Below, piece after piece: positions 9,929-18,615 of a stretch of 64,000 nt of DNA. Location of the stretch: NCBI GenBank assembly GCA_937952265.1, contig CALFYW010000016.1:142661-206660 (forward strand), written 5' to 3'. The position numbers and the translations under genes are program-made. Below the pieces are notes generated by a model. The model had not been told where the DNA came from, did no database searches, and worked only from the letters and a program-made list of their open reading frames with translations. This stretch comes from an uncultured bacterium (GTDB lineage: Bacteria > Patescibacteriota > Minisyncoccia > Phycocordibacterales > GCA-2401445). Position 1 is the first letter of the stretch. Each line of letters begins with the position of its first letter.

Positions 9929-10783
9929 TTACTTTACTACTACCTCCTTTCCGTCGCTTAACATCACGACCGTGCCTTGCTCACTTGTTTCAAAAATAGG
10001 AAGTGTAAGAGATTCAAGTCTCTCAACAACTTCATCATGAGGATGACCGTACCGATTACGCTTCCCCGCGGAAATAACCGCGTACGTCGGATGCACTGAA
10101 TTGAGGAATAATCCGGAAGTTGAGGTGTTCGAACCATGGTGAGCGACCTTAAGCACCGTGCTCTGAAGATGTCCCCCATCAAGAGACACCAGATAACGCT
10201 CAATCTGGCTCGGTGTATCACCGGTTAATAAAAAGGAGGTGTCTTGGTATACCAATTTCAAAATAACGGACGCATGATTCGGATCAGCACCTTGCATATC
10301 CCGATCGGGAAAAAGGATGAAAAGTGCTGCTCCACCACCAAGATTAATCTCGGTACCACGCCGTGCAACACGGTATGTCGCTCCCTCTTCTTTGATACGC
10401 TGTGCGTAGTGTTCAAACGCTTGCGTATCGACGTGAATCCCTGGATCAAATACGTGCGCTATTTCAAAACGATCAAATACCGCTGTTGCGCCTCCAATAT
10501 GGTCTTGATCCGGGTGTGTGCCAATAAATACATCGATGGTGCGATCATACGGGGGCATCACTTTACCTAATGCGCGAAGCACTTCACGGGATTCCCCAGC
10601 ATCAACCAATACCTGATTTCCGTTTGGTGCTTCAATAAAAATCGCATCGCCTTGCCCTACATCAAGGAATGCAACCATAAGCATTCCATTTCGTGTCTCT
10701 TTAAATACCGCGTACCAGATGAACGCATTACAGAGCAGTATCACACCGAGCAATACGCTTCGATAGAGATATCGGCGCTTCAT
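9929..10783 (-). CDS. ComEC/Rec2-type metallo-beta-lactamase-fold hydrolase, a separately encoded ComEC C-terminal domain with an N-terminal membrane anchor
   Basis: MBL motifs HPDQDHIGG, VAHHGS and GHP, with N-terminal TM MKRRYLYRSVLLGVILLCNAFIWYAVF. The ComEC membrane domain is encoded 670 bp further upstream on the same strand. Confidence 0.7.
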   Translation of the reverse strand: MKRRYLYRSVLLGVILLCNAFIWYAVFKETRNGMLMVAFLDVGQGDAIFIEAPNGNQVLVDAGESREVLRALGKVMPPYDRTIDVFIGTHPDQDHIGGATAVFDRFEIAHVFDPGIHVDTQAFEHYAQRIKEEGATYRVARRGTEINLGGGAALFILFPDRDMQGADPNHASVILKLVYQDTSFLLTGDTPSQIERYLVSLDGGHLQSTVLKVAHHGSNTSTSGLFLNSVHPTYAVISAGKRNRYGHPHDEVVERLESLTLPIFETSEQGTVVMLSDGKEVVVK

Positions 10784-10858
10784 AACACTCAGTATACCGC
10801 AGGATGAGAAGATGCTATGATACAGTAACCGTATTGCACGCTAACTAAAGTTTAATCT

Positions 10859-11449
10859 ATGAAAACTTTTACCCCACAGACATTTTCATTACCCACACTC
10901 AATGGGATATCAGAGAAAAATATTGAGGAACACCTTAAGCTCTATCAAGGGTATGTAAAACACGCAAACCTCATTCTTGAGAAAATCGCCGAGCTTTCGG
11001 CCGATTCAGAAAAGAATGCGTACCTATTAGGAGAACTCCAACGCCGTTTTGCTTTTGAATTCGACGGGATGCGAAACCATGAATACTACTTCAAAAACCT
11101 TGAGGGAGGAGCCCAAGCGCTTCCTCAAGAAAGCTCTCTTAAAGCGGCTATTGAAGAGGAGTGGGGTTCAATTGATGCCTGGCTTGCGCGATTCAAAGTA
11201 GTAGCGCTCACTCGAGGAGTTGGTTGGGCGGTTCTTTATTATGACCCAAAAACAAAACGGCTTCTCAACGCATGGGTTGATGAACAACACTACGGGCACC
11301 TTACCGGATTAGTGTGGATCTTCGGCATCGATATGTGGGAACACGCGTTCGTGGCAGACTATCACCCAAGCGGAAAAAAACAATATATTGAGGACTATAT
11401 TGCACAGGTTAATTGGAAAACGGTGGCAGAAAACTTTTCAGGAGCGTAA
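10859..11449 (+). CDS. sodA: Fe/Mn superoxide dismutase
   Basis: 196 aa with DMWEHAF…Y and the N-terminal helical hairpin typical of Fe/Mn SODs. Confidence 0.9.
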   Translation: MKTFTPQTFSLPTLNGISEKNIEEHLKLYQGYVKHANLILEKIAELSADSEKNAYLLGELQRRFAFEFDGMRNHEYYFKNLEGGAQALPQESSLKAAIEEEWGSIDAWLARFKVVALTRGVGWAVLYYDPKTKRLLNAWVDEQHYGHLTGLVWIFGIDMWEHAFVADYHPSGKKQYIEDYIAQVNWKTVAENFSGA

Positions 11450-11453
11450 GTTA

Positions 11454-12983
11454 TTAAAGAGAACGTTCTGACGAACCCTGTGGGAGTGGGAATGCTACGG
11501 GGTTTTTTCTTGCCAGAAGAAAAATACCTATCCCAAAAAGAACATACATCCCCGCTACCATCCAAAAAGGAACGAGGGGTACCGTAATGCTCGCAAATGG
11601 CAAGGCGGCAAAAAAATTTACCACGGTGAGTTCATAAGAAAGTAAAAATAGTGCGATAAAGCCGAAAGGCCATGCAAGCACTACGCTTACCATCCCTAGA
11701 AGCCCCGTCAGAAAACCGAAGAGCATGGTAAGTGGAATAGCTATCAAAACCAAGAGGTTTACCGGAAGCGCCACCAAGGAAAGCTCTCCCATCTGATACC
11801 AAAGGAGTGGCAATACGAAAATCTGGGTTGCGATGGTTGCTACTGCAAACTCACGCAATTGGAGTGCGGTGGGAATAATTTTCATAAATCGAACTAAAAG
11901 CGGTGAAAGAATTAAAAGCCCCAGCGTAGCTAGGAATGAAAGCTGAAACGATACATCATAGTAGAGCAATTTTGGATTGTGCATCAACATTAAAAAACCC
12001 GCGAAGAAAAGTGCCCGCATCATATCCCCCACTCTTCCGGTGAGTCGAGCAATTAGGACTAAAATCGCCATAATGCTTGCGCGCACAATCGTTGCGCTCG
12101 CGCCCGTCATGAGCGCAAAAAAGATAATTGACGCGACACCAAGAGAGAATGCTCCGATACGAGGCAAGAATGAAAAAATTCGAATGAGCGCTTCAGCAAT
12201 AATAGTCACGTTATATCCAGAAAGCACCACAATATGAATAATACCGGTTCTTCGAAACGCTTCAGTTAATCCCTCTCCTAATGATTGGCGCGCGCCAAAT
12301 ACGAGCCCCGCGGAAAGAGAGGCGTGCGGTTCTGGCAATACCTGCGTAATTCCTCCCACGATACGCTCCTTAAACGAAAGAAGTGTTCGAATCACTGGAT
12401 TCCCTCCACCTGTTTCTACGAGCGACACTTCCCCGCCTCGTATGACAAAAAAGATTCGGTCTTTCCCCAGAAATTCATCGTAATGAAAAACCTTCCCTCG
12501 TTCATCAATAAATGATTCTGGTTTTGTAAGTACGCCTTCAATAAAAATGGTGTCGCCATAACGATAGGATGCGTAGGGATCGGTCACCACTAATACTCGC
12601 GAGGATACCTGGTGCGTACCACCATCTTGATAGAGGGTATCAAGCATTACACGAAGACGTGTGTCTTTATCTCGAGTGTCCGGTTCCGCGTCAATGAATC
12701 CACGAAGCGCCACTTGTTTTTTGAGTGATTCGCTCAGGATGGGTTCCGGAGTAATACGCTCAAAAAGCACCACCCGACCGCCGCCGAGAAGAAAAAAGAT
12801 GCCGATGAGCGCTATGAGTGCTCCCCACCGATACTTCCCGCGCGTGAGAAGCTGATATAGTAGCGGAATCAAGCCGGCGCACCCTAAAAAAAGAAGCGTC
12901 CATATCCTCAGTTCAAACACTTCCGTAATCCAAATACCAAAGACAAAAGAGATAATTGGCGCAAAAAAATAACGCCCTGCCAT
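11454..12983 (-). CDS. comEC: ComEC/Rec2 competence channel, membrane (DUF4131 plus competence) domains
   Basis: 509 aa polytopic membrane protein with ComEC-like topology and conserved segments (…ASATIVRASIMAI…). It lacks the C-terminal MBL domain found at 9929..10783. Confidence 0.75.
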   Translation of the reverse strand: MAGRYFFAPIISFVFGIWITEVFELRIWTLLFLGCAGLIPLLYQLLTRGKYRWGALIALIGIFFLLGGGRVVLFERITPEPILSESLKKQVALRGFIDAEPDTRDKDTRLRVMLDTLYQDGGTHQVSSRVLVVTDPYASYRYGDTIFIEGVLTKPESFIDERGKVFHYDEFLGKDRIFFVIRGGEVSLVETGGGNPVIRTLLSFKERIVGGITQVLPEPHASLSAGLVFGARQSLGEGLTEAFRRTGIIHIVVLSGYNVTIIAEALIRIFSFLPRIGAFSLGVASIIFFALMTGASATIVRASIMAILVLIARLTGRVGDMMRALFFAGFLMLMHNPKLLYYDVSFQLSFLATLGLLILSPLLVRFMKIIPTALQLREFAVATIATQIFVLPLLWYQMGELSLVALPVNLLVLIAIPLTMLFGFLTGLLGMVSVVLAWPFGFIALFLLSYELTVVNFFAALPFASITVPLVPFWMVAGMYVLFGIGIFLLARKNPVAFPLPQGSSERSL

Positions 12984-12984
12984 A

Positions 12985-13689
12985 CTACGTATCTTTTTTC
13001 CACTGCTCGATAATCTTTATTTCATCTTCTTTGCTTAATGCTTTTCGGTATTTGGTATGAGGTACTCCTTTAACCCGATTAAGGCAAGCATCCCACGTAG
13101 CATCAACGTAGATAACACCGTCAACGGAAGAAACGTAGGAATACGCCTTTCCTTTATTCCTTGATTTGCTATTCTGCATTGCTTCATCTGGAGCAACATC
13201 AAAAACAGCAACCCCATAATCTTCGAGGCTTCCCACGTATAATGCGGGAGATTTGCCTTCGGCATATTCTGAGGCAATGGTATTTACCCGCTCATTACCA
13301 GGAATACCCACATGACCTGAAACTAATTTCCACGACACGTCTTTCCCCTGAAGAGCTCCGAGAATTCTCTCCCAGAGATCACGATTCAATACTTCTTTTT
13401 TATCCTTAGTAACCCATCCTGATCGTTGCCAACCAAATACCCACGCGCTACTTCCCTCTTTCACATACCGAGAGTCAGTATAAATCGTAATGGGTTTGTC
13501 GGTATTACCAAGCACCTCGAGCGAAGCAATAACCGCCTGGAGTTCCATACGATTGTTGGTGGTATTAGATTCAAATCCTCCAAGCTCCCGCACACTCCCT
13601 TCGCGAACCACAAGAGCGCCAAAACCTCCCGGGCCAGGATTTCCTTTTGACGCACCGTCAGTAAATATTAAAATTCTCTCTTCTTTCAT
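12985..13689 (-). CDS. rnhA: Ribonuclease HI with a C-terminal hybrid-binding (HBD/Cauli_VI-like) domain
   Basis: N-terminal ~150 aa carry the RNase H catalytic core (FTDGASKGNPGPGGFGALV…NNRMELQAV…YTDSRYV…HVGIPGNERVN). C-terminal KAYSYVSSVDGVIYVDATWDACLNRVKGVPHTKYRKALSKEDEI fits the HBD pattern YAV..G..GIY..W.EC...V.G....YK.F. Confidence 0.8.
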   Translation of the reverse strand: MKEERILIFTDGASKGNPGPGGFGALVVREGSVRELGGFESNTTNNRMELQAVIASLEVLGNTDKPITIYTDSRYVKEGSSAWVFGWQRSGWVTKDKKEVLNRDLWERILGALQGKDVSWKLVSGHVGIPGNERVNTIASEYAEGKSPALYVGSLEDYGVAVFDVAPDEAMQNSKSRNKGKAYSYVSSVDGVIYVDATWDACLNRVKGVPHTKYRKALSKEDEIKIIEQWKKDT

Positions 13690-13692
13690 AGG

Positions 13693-15411
13693 TTAGAGTA
13701 TAGCAACAATACGCAATCGAAGCTCGGCAGACCCGCCAAAATTGGAGGCTTCCAAATGTGCTAAAAAAGAAAAATGTGCTCCTTGACGAAGTGAAGTGGT
13801 AACTTTTTCATCTCCCATAAAAAAACCGATCGCCCTCATAATACTCCCGTCTTTTCGCTTGATTGAAAGTTCTAGGTGATTTTTAGCCTTTCCAAACACA
13901 CGAAAACCATGAAGATATGCCTGATCAAAAATAAAGAGCGGTTTTTCATTATCAACTCCAAAAGGAGCGAGTCGCTGAATTGTTTGATGCATACTACGAG
14001 ACACCTCCTCAATAGATAATCGACTGTCGACAAAAAGCTCTTGGGTAGTATGAGCTTCTCCAGGTATCTGCTCATAAGCACTAAGCAGTGCATCTTCAAG
14101 CAAATGCACTTTCGTTGAAATCACGCTAAACCCTCCGGAACACGCATGCCCTCCATATTCGATGAAGATTTCTTCTTTTGCCGCATGATCCATCAAGCTA
14201 ACCAGGTTGGGGCTTCCCGGAGAACGACACGAGCCTTTGAGCACCGATGATCCATCACGCCCCCATAGAAATACCGGACGCTGATACTCTTCCATTAATG
14301 AATTCGCGGCAAGCCCCAAAAGGGTTGGATTCCATTTTGGATTCCCCATTACCACGAGCGCTTTCTCTTCTCTCTGGAAACGATCCTTAAGGGTATGTTT
14401 CATTTCTTTTACCATACTCGCCACAACCCCTTTGCGTTCGTCATTTATTTTTGAAAGATGTTTAACCAATACTCCCGCCTCTCCTTCATCTTCGGTTGCT
14501 AAAAGACGAAACGCATCCATAGGGGAACCCATGCGTGATGCCGCATTAATGCGCGGAGCAAGAGTAAAGCCAATATCATCTTCGGTAAGCATTCTTTGAT
14601 TTACCCCAGCAGCACGAAGCAATTTCTGAAGACCAATACGCGGAGACTTGCGAAGCACCAGAAGCCCGTACGTCGCAAGCACTCGATTTTCTCCGCGCAA
14701 TGGCACCATATCAGAAAGCGTGGCAATACCCACCATGTCCAATAACCACTTCTCCCACCCAGGCTTTATCATGGAGAAGTTTCCACTCCGGCAAAGCGCT
14801 TCAACCAGTTTGAATGCGACCGCGGCACCACAAAGCATCTTTTCCGGATAATTACATCCTACTTGTTTTGGGTTTACAATTGCTCGCGCGAGAGGAAGCG
14901 TATCGCCAGGAAGGTGGTGGTCGGTCACCACAACCTCAATCCCAAGCTCTCGCGCGCGTAATACCTCGGGTACATTATTAATTCCACAGTCACAGGTAAT
15001 AATGAGTTCAACCTTTTCTTCCTTTAAAGACTCAATTGCCGAGATGTTAAGGCCAAATCCTTCACGAAACCGATCGGGAATATAATTTCTAAAGTTTTTA
15101 AATCCTATTTTCTTAAAAAAATCATGGAGGATCACTCCAGCGGGAATGCCATCCGTATCATAGTCACTCCAAACAACAATCCTCTTATCGTGTGTAATCG
15201 CATCTACGATACTAGCGACTGCCTCAGTTATTCCTTTTAAAAGAAGTGGGTCATGGGTGTCATTGACATAATTAACTGACAGGAATGCTTCCGCGTCTTT
15301 CTTAGATAAAAAACCGCGCGCGTACAGGAGTTTGGCTAAAAGCGGCGGAAAGCTTCCCAGTTCTGATTCGAGGTGCGCAGGAATTGAATCACGAAGCCGA
15401 TAGTTTATCAT
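13693..15411 (-). CDS. recJ: Single-stranded-DNA-specific exonuclease RecJ (DHH/DHHA1)
   Basis: 572 aa with DHH motifs ITCDCG and VVVTDHH. Confidence 0.9.
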   Translation of the reverse strand: MINYRLRDSIPAHLESELGSFPPLLAKLLYARGFLSKKDAEAFLSVNYVNDTHDPLLLKGITEAVASIVDAITHDKRIVVWSDYDTDGIPAGVILHDFFKKIGFKNFRNYIPDRFREGFGLNISAIESLKEEKVELIITCDCGINNVPEVLRARELGIEVVVTDHHLPGDTLPLARAIVNPKQVGCNYPEKMLCGAAVAFKLVEALCRSGNFSMIKPGWEKWLLDMVGIATLSDMVPLRGENRVLATYGLLVLRKSPRIGLQKLLRAAGVNQRMLTEDDIGFTLAPRINAASRMGSPMDAFRLLATEDEGEAGVLVKHLSKINDERKGVVASMVKEMKHTLKDRFQREEKALVVMGNPKWNPTLLGLAANSLMEEYQRPVFLWGRDGSSVLKGSCRSPGSPNLVSLMDHAAKEEIFIEYGGHACSGGFSVISTKVHLLEDALLSAYEQIPGEAHTTQELFVDSRLSIEEVSRSMHQTIQRLAPFGVDNEKPLFIFDQAYLHGFRVFGKAKNHLELSIKRKDGSIMRAIGFFMGDEKVTTSLRQGAHFSFLAHLEASNFGGSAELRLRIVAIL

Positions 15412-15435
15412 GGGAACATTTTAGCATATACTAAA

Positions 15436-15870
15436 ATGATGAAAGAAAAAGAAACTGTTTTCGCAAAAATCATTCGTAGAGAAATTCCGAGCGAGATTGT
15501 GTATGAAGACGAGCTGGTTTTAGGGTTCTTAGATATTCATCCCGTAAATTTTGGGCACACGCTCCTTATTCCTAAAAAACACTATCAAAATATTTACGAA
15601 CTCCCTGATTCGATTCTTGGCCATTTTTTTACCGTGGTAAAAAAGCTTTCCACCGCAATCAAAAAAGCGGTTCAAGCAGATGGAATCAACGTAGTCATGA
15701 ACAACGAACCTGCCGCGGGACAGGTGGTCTTTCACGCTCACGTGCATATTATTCCGCGATTTAATAACGATGGCTTTAAACACTGGAAAGGCCCGAGAAA
15801 ATACGAACCCGACGAAGCGCTTGAGACCATGCAAAAAATACGAGACGTATTAGAAAAACAAAATACATAG
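15436..15870 (+). CDS. HIT-family (histidine triad) nucleotide hydrolase
   Basis: 144 aa with the HVHIIPR histidine triad. Confidence 0.85.
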   Translation: MMKEKETVFAKIIRREIPSEIVYEDELVLGFLDIHPVNFGHTLLIPKKHYQNIYELPDSILGHFFTVVKKLSTAIKKAVQADGINVVMNNEPAAGQVVFHAHVHIIPRFNNDGFKHWKGPRKYEPDEALETMQKIRDVLEKQNT

Positions 15871-15912
15871 CCGTAAGGATGCCTGTGGGATTCTTCTTCA
15901 GATTTGTGGACA

Positions 15913-15942
15913 TTGACAAATTACTATTTTCTATGTTATAAT
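15913..15942 (+). promoter_or_regulatory. Sigma70-like promoter (TTGACA-18-TATAAT)
   Basis: ttgaca at 15913-15918 and tataat at 15937-15942 with an 18-nt spacer, about 45 nt upstream of the ORF at 15985. Confidence 0.4.
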
Positions 15943-15984
15943 TAAACTAGATGTATATACCAACCCTTAACCCTAAGGAGTCGA

Positions 15985-16428
15985 ATGAATCGTTCTTTAA
16001 CAGATATACCCCCACACGCAAAAGAAGCCATCCGCGCATTACAGAGGGAACGCACGGCACATCCCGCACAGGGCCTCATCACACTTCAAGAGCTTGAGGT
16101 TGCCTGTGCGAACGAAGATCTTCTTCAAGAACTCCTTGAAGAGATGAAGGTAAGTTGTGTGAAGTATCTTAAAATACTTTGCGAATTCCGGATTCAAACC
16201 TCCAACGGCCCAAAAGCCATCCACGATGGTGAGATGAATGCTATTGCCCGTACACGCGGTATTACCCACGACACAACTATTGAAAGTATCCAGATTCTTT
16301 CACGTACCATGAAAAAGCATGGGAGAGATGGAGACTGGATTAAACCACTTCTCAACAATCGAGCCGCATACGGAAGGTTTGCCCTTCTCATCGGCCTTGA
16401 ATGGATTGAACATGAACACCACGAATAA
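15985..16428 (+). CDS. Hypothetical protein (147 aa, C-terminal EHEHHE)
   Basis: ORF with a plausible upstream promoter. No recognisable domain. Confidence 0.45.
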   Translation: MNRSLTDIPPHAKEAIRALQRERTAHPAQGLITLQELEVACANEDLLQELLEEMKVSCVKYLKILCEFRIQTSNGPKAIHDGEMNAIARTRGITHDTTIESIQILSRTMKKHGRDGDWIKPLLNNRAAYGRFALLIGLEWIEHEHHE

Positions 16429-16609
16429 TCAAGGCCGGAATCAAAAAATCCTCGAATACCTTCAGTTTGCAAGTGACGCATTGCTTCCCACGACCGATGA
16501 AGTAGCTAAACACGCGCTGAAAGCAAAGATGGATCGCCTTCGAGAGGAGCTTTCGCTCTCGCATGAAGAGATCGTTGAAATTGCGCGGGATATATTAGAA
16601 AAATCATAG
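16412..16609 (+). CDS. Small hypothetical protein (65 aa), overlapping the previous ORF by 17 nt
   Basis: ATG at 16412 inside track ORF 16319..16609. Possible two-gene operon. No similarity recognised. Confidence 0.3.
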   Translation: MNTTNNQGRNQKILEYLQFASDALLPTTDEVAKHALKAKMDRLREELSLSHEEIVEIARDILEKS

Positions 16610-16630
16610 CGTTAAGCACGCTTACACGCC

Positions 16631-16662
16631 TCTCTTTTTAAAATTTTAAAAAGAGAGGTTTT
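16631..16662. terminator. Bidirectional intrinsic terminator
   Basis: cctctcttttt aaaatttt aaaaagagagg is a perfect hairpin flanked by T-runs on both strands, between convergent genes (ORF ending 16609 and pgk ending 16664). Confidence 0.6.
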
Positions 16663-16663
16663 T

Positions 16664-17800
16664 TTACGCACGAGAAAGCGCGTCAACTCCCGGAATACTG
16701 TTGTGTGCCAAAAAATCAAGCATAGCTCCTCCACCAGTGGAGACAAATGAGAACTTACTCCCAATCCCTAGTTCCGCAATTGCCGCCAAAGTGTCCCCTC
16801 CTCCGATGATGGTCGCCCCATTGCTTTTCCCTACGATACGGGCAAGCGCGTGAGTCCCTTCTTTAAAACCATTCTCATAATTTCCCAGTGGGCCGTTCCA
16901 TAGTATGAATTTAGCAGACGCGGTAAGCCGTGATAATTGCTCCAAAGTCTTCTCTCCCGCGTCAACAATATAGTCATCAGGAAGAATTTCATGCGGTAGA
17001 GTCGTAACCGTTTTCTCTCCCCGCTTTACAATAACATCCGTAGGAAGATGCAAGCCTTTATTCTCGAGAAGGTGTGACAATTCATCATTATGTGAAAATT
17101 CCGACAACAATGATTTTCCCACCTCAAAACCGTGCACTTTAAATAGATCGTTTGCTAACGCCCCGCCAACGAAGACGCTATCAGCCGTACTCAGAAACTT
17201 CTGAACCAAAGGGAGTTTCGTCTCAAATTTTGCACCGCCTAAAATAAACACGAAAGGATGCTCAGGATCGAATGCCCGAGAAAGATTTTTAACTTCTTCA
17301 TCAAAAAGTAATCCGGCGAAAGACGGAAGATGCTGAGGAACTCCTACAATAGAGGCGTGCGCTCGATGCGAGACAGAAAAGGCCTCATTGACATAGTAGT
17401 CAGCAATCGACGCCAATTTCTCTCCAAAGGCAGGATCATTACGTTCTTCTCCTTTATCGTGCCGAACATTTTCAAAAAGAACGAGCGAGCCATTCTCAAG
17501 ATTATGTAATACCTGCGTTGCGCGTTCATCAAAAAAAGACTTGAGGAAGACAATCGGAAATTGCTTTTTTAAATACTCGTATACAGGTACCAAGGTCGTA
17601 TTATCAGACCTCCCGATATGGCTCACGAGAAGGATTTGCGCTCCCTTTCGCGCCAAATAATGTATGGTGGGGATCACTCGACGAATTCGAAAATCATCCA
17701 GAACCCGCCCTTGGACTACCGGCACATTAAAATCAACACGGAGCAAGACACGCTTTCCAACAAGCTCTGGCATTTTCTCAATCGTCAAAAATCGAGTCAT
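16664..17800 (-). CDS. pgk: Phosphoglycerate kinase
   Basis: 378 aa with typical PGK N-terminus (VDFNVP). Confidence 0.95.
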   Translation of the reverse strand: MTRFLTIEKMPELVGKRVLLRVDFNVPVVQGRVLDDFRIRRVIPTIHYLARKGAQILLVSHIGRSDNTTLVPVYEYLKKQFPIVFLKSFFDERATQVLHNLENGSLVLFENVRHDKGEERNDPAFGEKLASIADYYVNEAFSVSHRAHASIVGVPQHLPSFAGLLFDEEVKNLSRAFDPEHPFVFILGGAKFETKLPLVQKFLSTADSVFVGGALANDLFKVHGFEVGKSLLSEFSHNDELSHLLENKGLHLPTDVIVKRGEKTVTTLPHEILPDDYIVDAGEKTLEQLSRLTASAKFILWNGPLGNYENGFKEGTHALARIVGKSNGATIIGGGDTLAAIAELGIGSKFSFVSTGGGAMLDFLAHNSIPGVDALSRA

Positions 17801-18573
17801 GATTTTTTTGCGGCGCTTAAAAGAATTTCTCCAAAATGAGAGGCCGAAAGACTTTGGCTCCCCACTAAAAACCCATCGACGTTTCCGTCACGGAGAAGCT
17901 CATCCGCGTTTTCAGGTCCCACAGAACCTCCGTAGAGAATCGGAACATCAACAACATCTGATTTCTTAAAAATTTCTTTCATTGTCTTACGTACAAAGAT
18001 AACCATTTCATGCAATTCATGGGGCGTAATCGCATAATCCGCGCCTTTTCCAATAGCCCAGATAGGCTCGTACGCGATGATAAGCTGACTGAATGATTTC
18101 TGAGGCACGTGAGCAAGCCCCTCTTCTATCTCTCGTTTAAGGAAAGAGAGGTATTCACCGTGTTCATCACGTACTGATTCTCCAATACAGAGAATAACCC
18201 GAAACCCCGCTTTAAGCGCCGTATGAATTTTTTTATTTATTTCTTTATTATCTTCCCCGCGCGCCCGACGCTCCGAATGCCCAATAATCACGTAAGTTGC
18301 TCCCGCACTCTTAAGCATTCTCGCGCTTACCTCGCCGGTGAACGCTCCTTCTGTCTCTGAGGACACATCCTGAGCACCAAGCGCGATCGAGCGCGAAGTA
18401 AAGAGACTCCGTAACGAGCTTATAAATACAAACGGGGGGCACACCACCGTCGTCACGCCCCGAACGGCGCGTGCTTTTTTTCGTATTCCTAAAAAGAGCT
18501 TCTTCCCTTCACCAAGAGAAGGGGGGTTTAATTTCCAATTTGCAACGACAAGGCGTGGTGTTCTTTTTTTCAT
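17797..18573 (-). CDS. tpiA: Triosephosphate isomerase
   Basis: VVANWKLN, AYEPIWAIGKG and GGSV motifs. The start at MKKRTP (18573) is preferred over the track start at 18615. There is a 4-nt ATGA-type overlap with pgk. Confidence 0.9.
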   Translation of the reverse strand: MKKRTPRLVVANWKLNPPSLGEGKKLFLGIRKKARAVRGVTTVVCPPFVFISSLRSLFTSRSIALGAQDVSSETEGAFTGEVSARMLKSAGATYVIIGHSERRARGEDNKEINKKIHTALKAGFRVILCIGESVRDEHGEYLSFLKREIEEGLAHVPQKSFSQLIIAYEPIWAIGKGADYAITPHELHEMVIFVRKTMKEIFKKSDVVDVPILYGGSVGPENADELLRDGNVDGFLVGSQSLSASHFGEILLSAAKKS

Positions 18574-18615
18574 CGCTCCTATTCTACCACGAGAAAGAAG
18601 CGCTCTCCATCCCAA

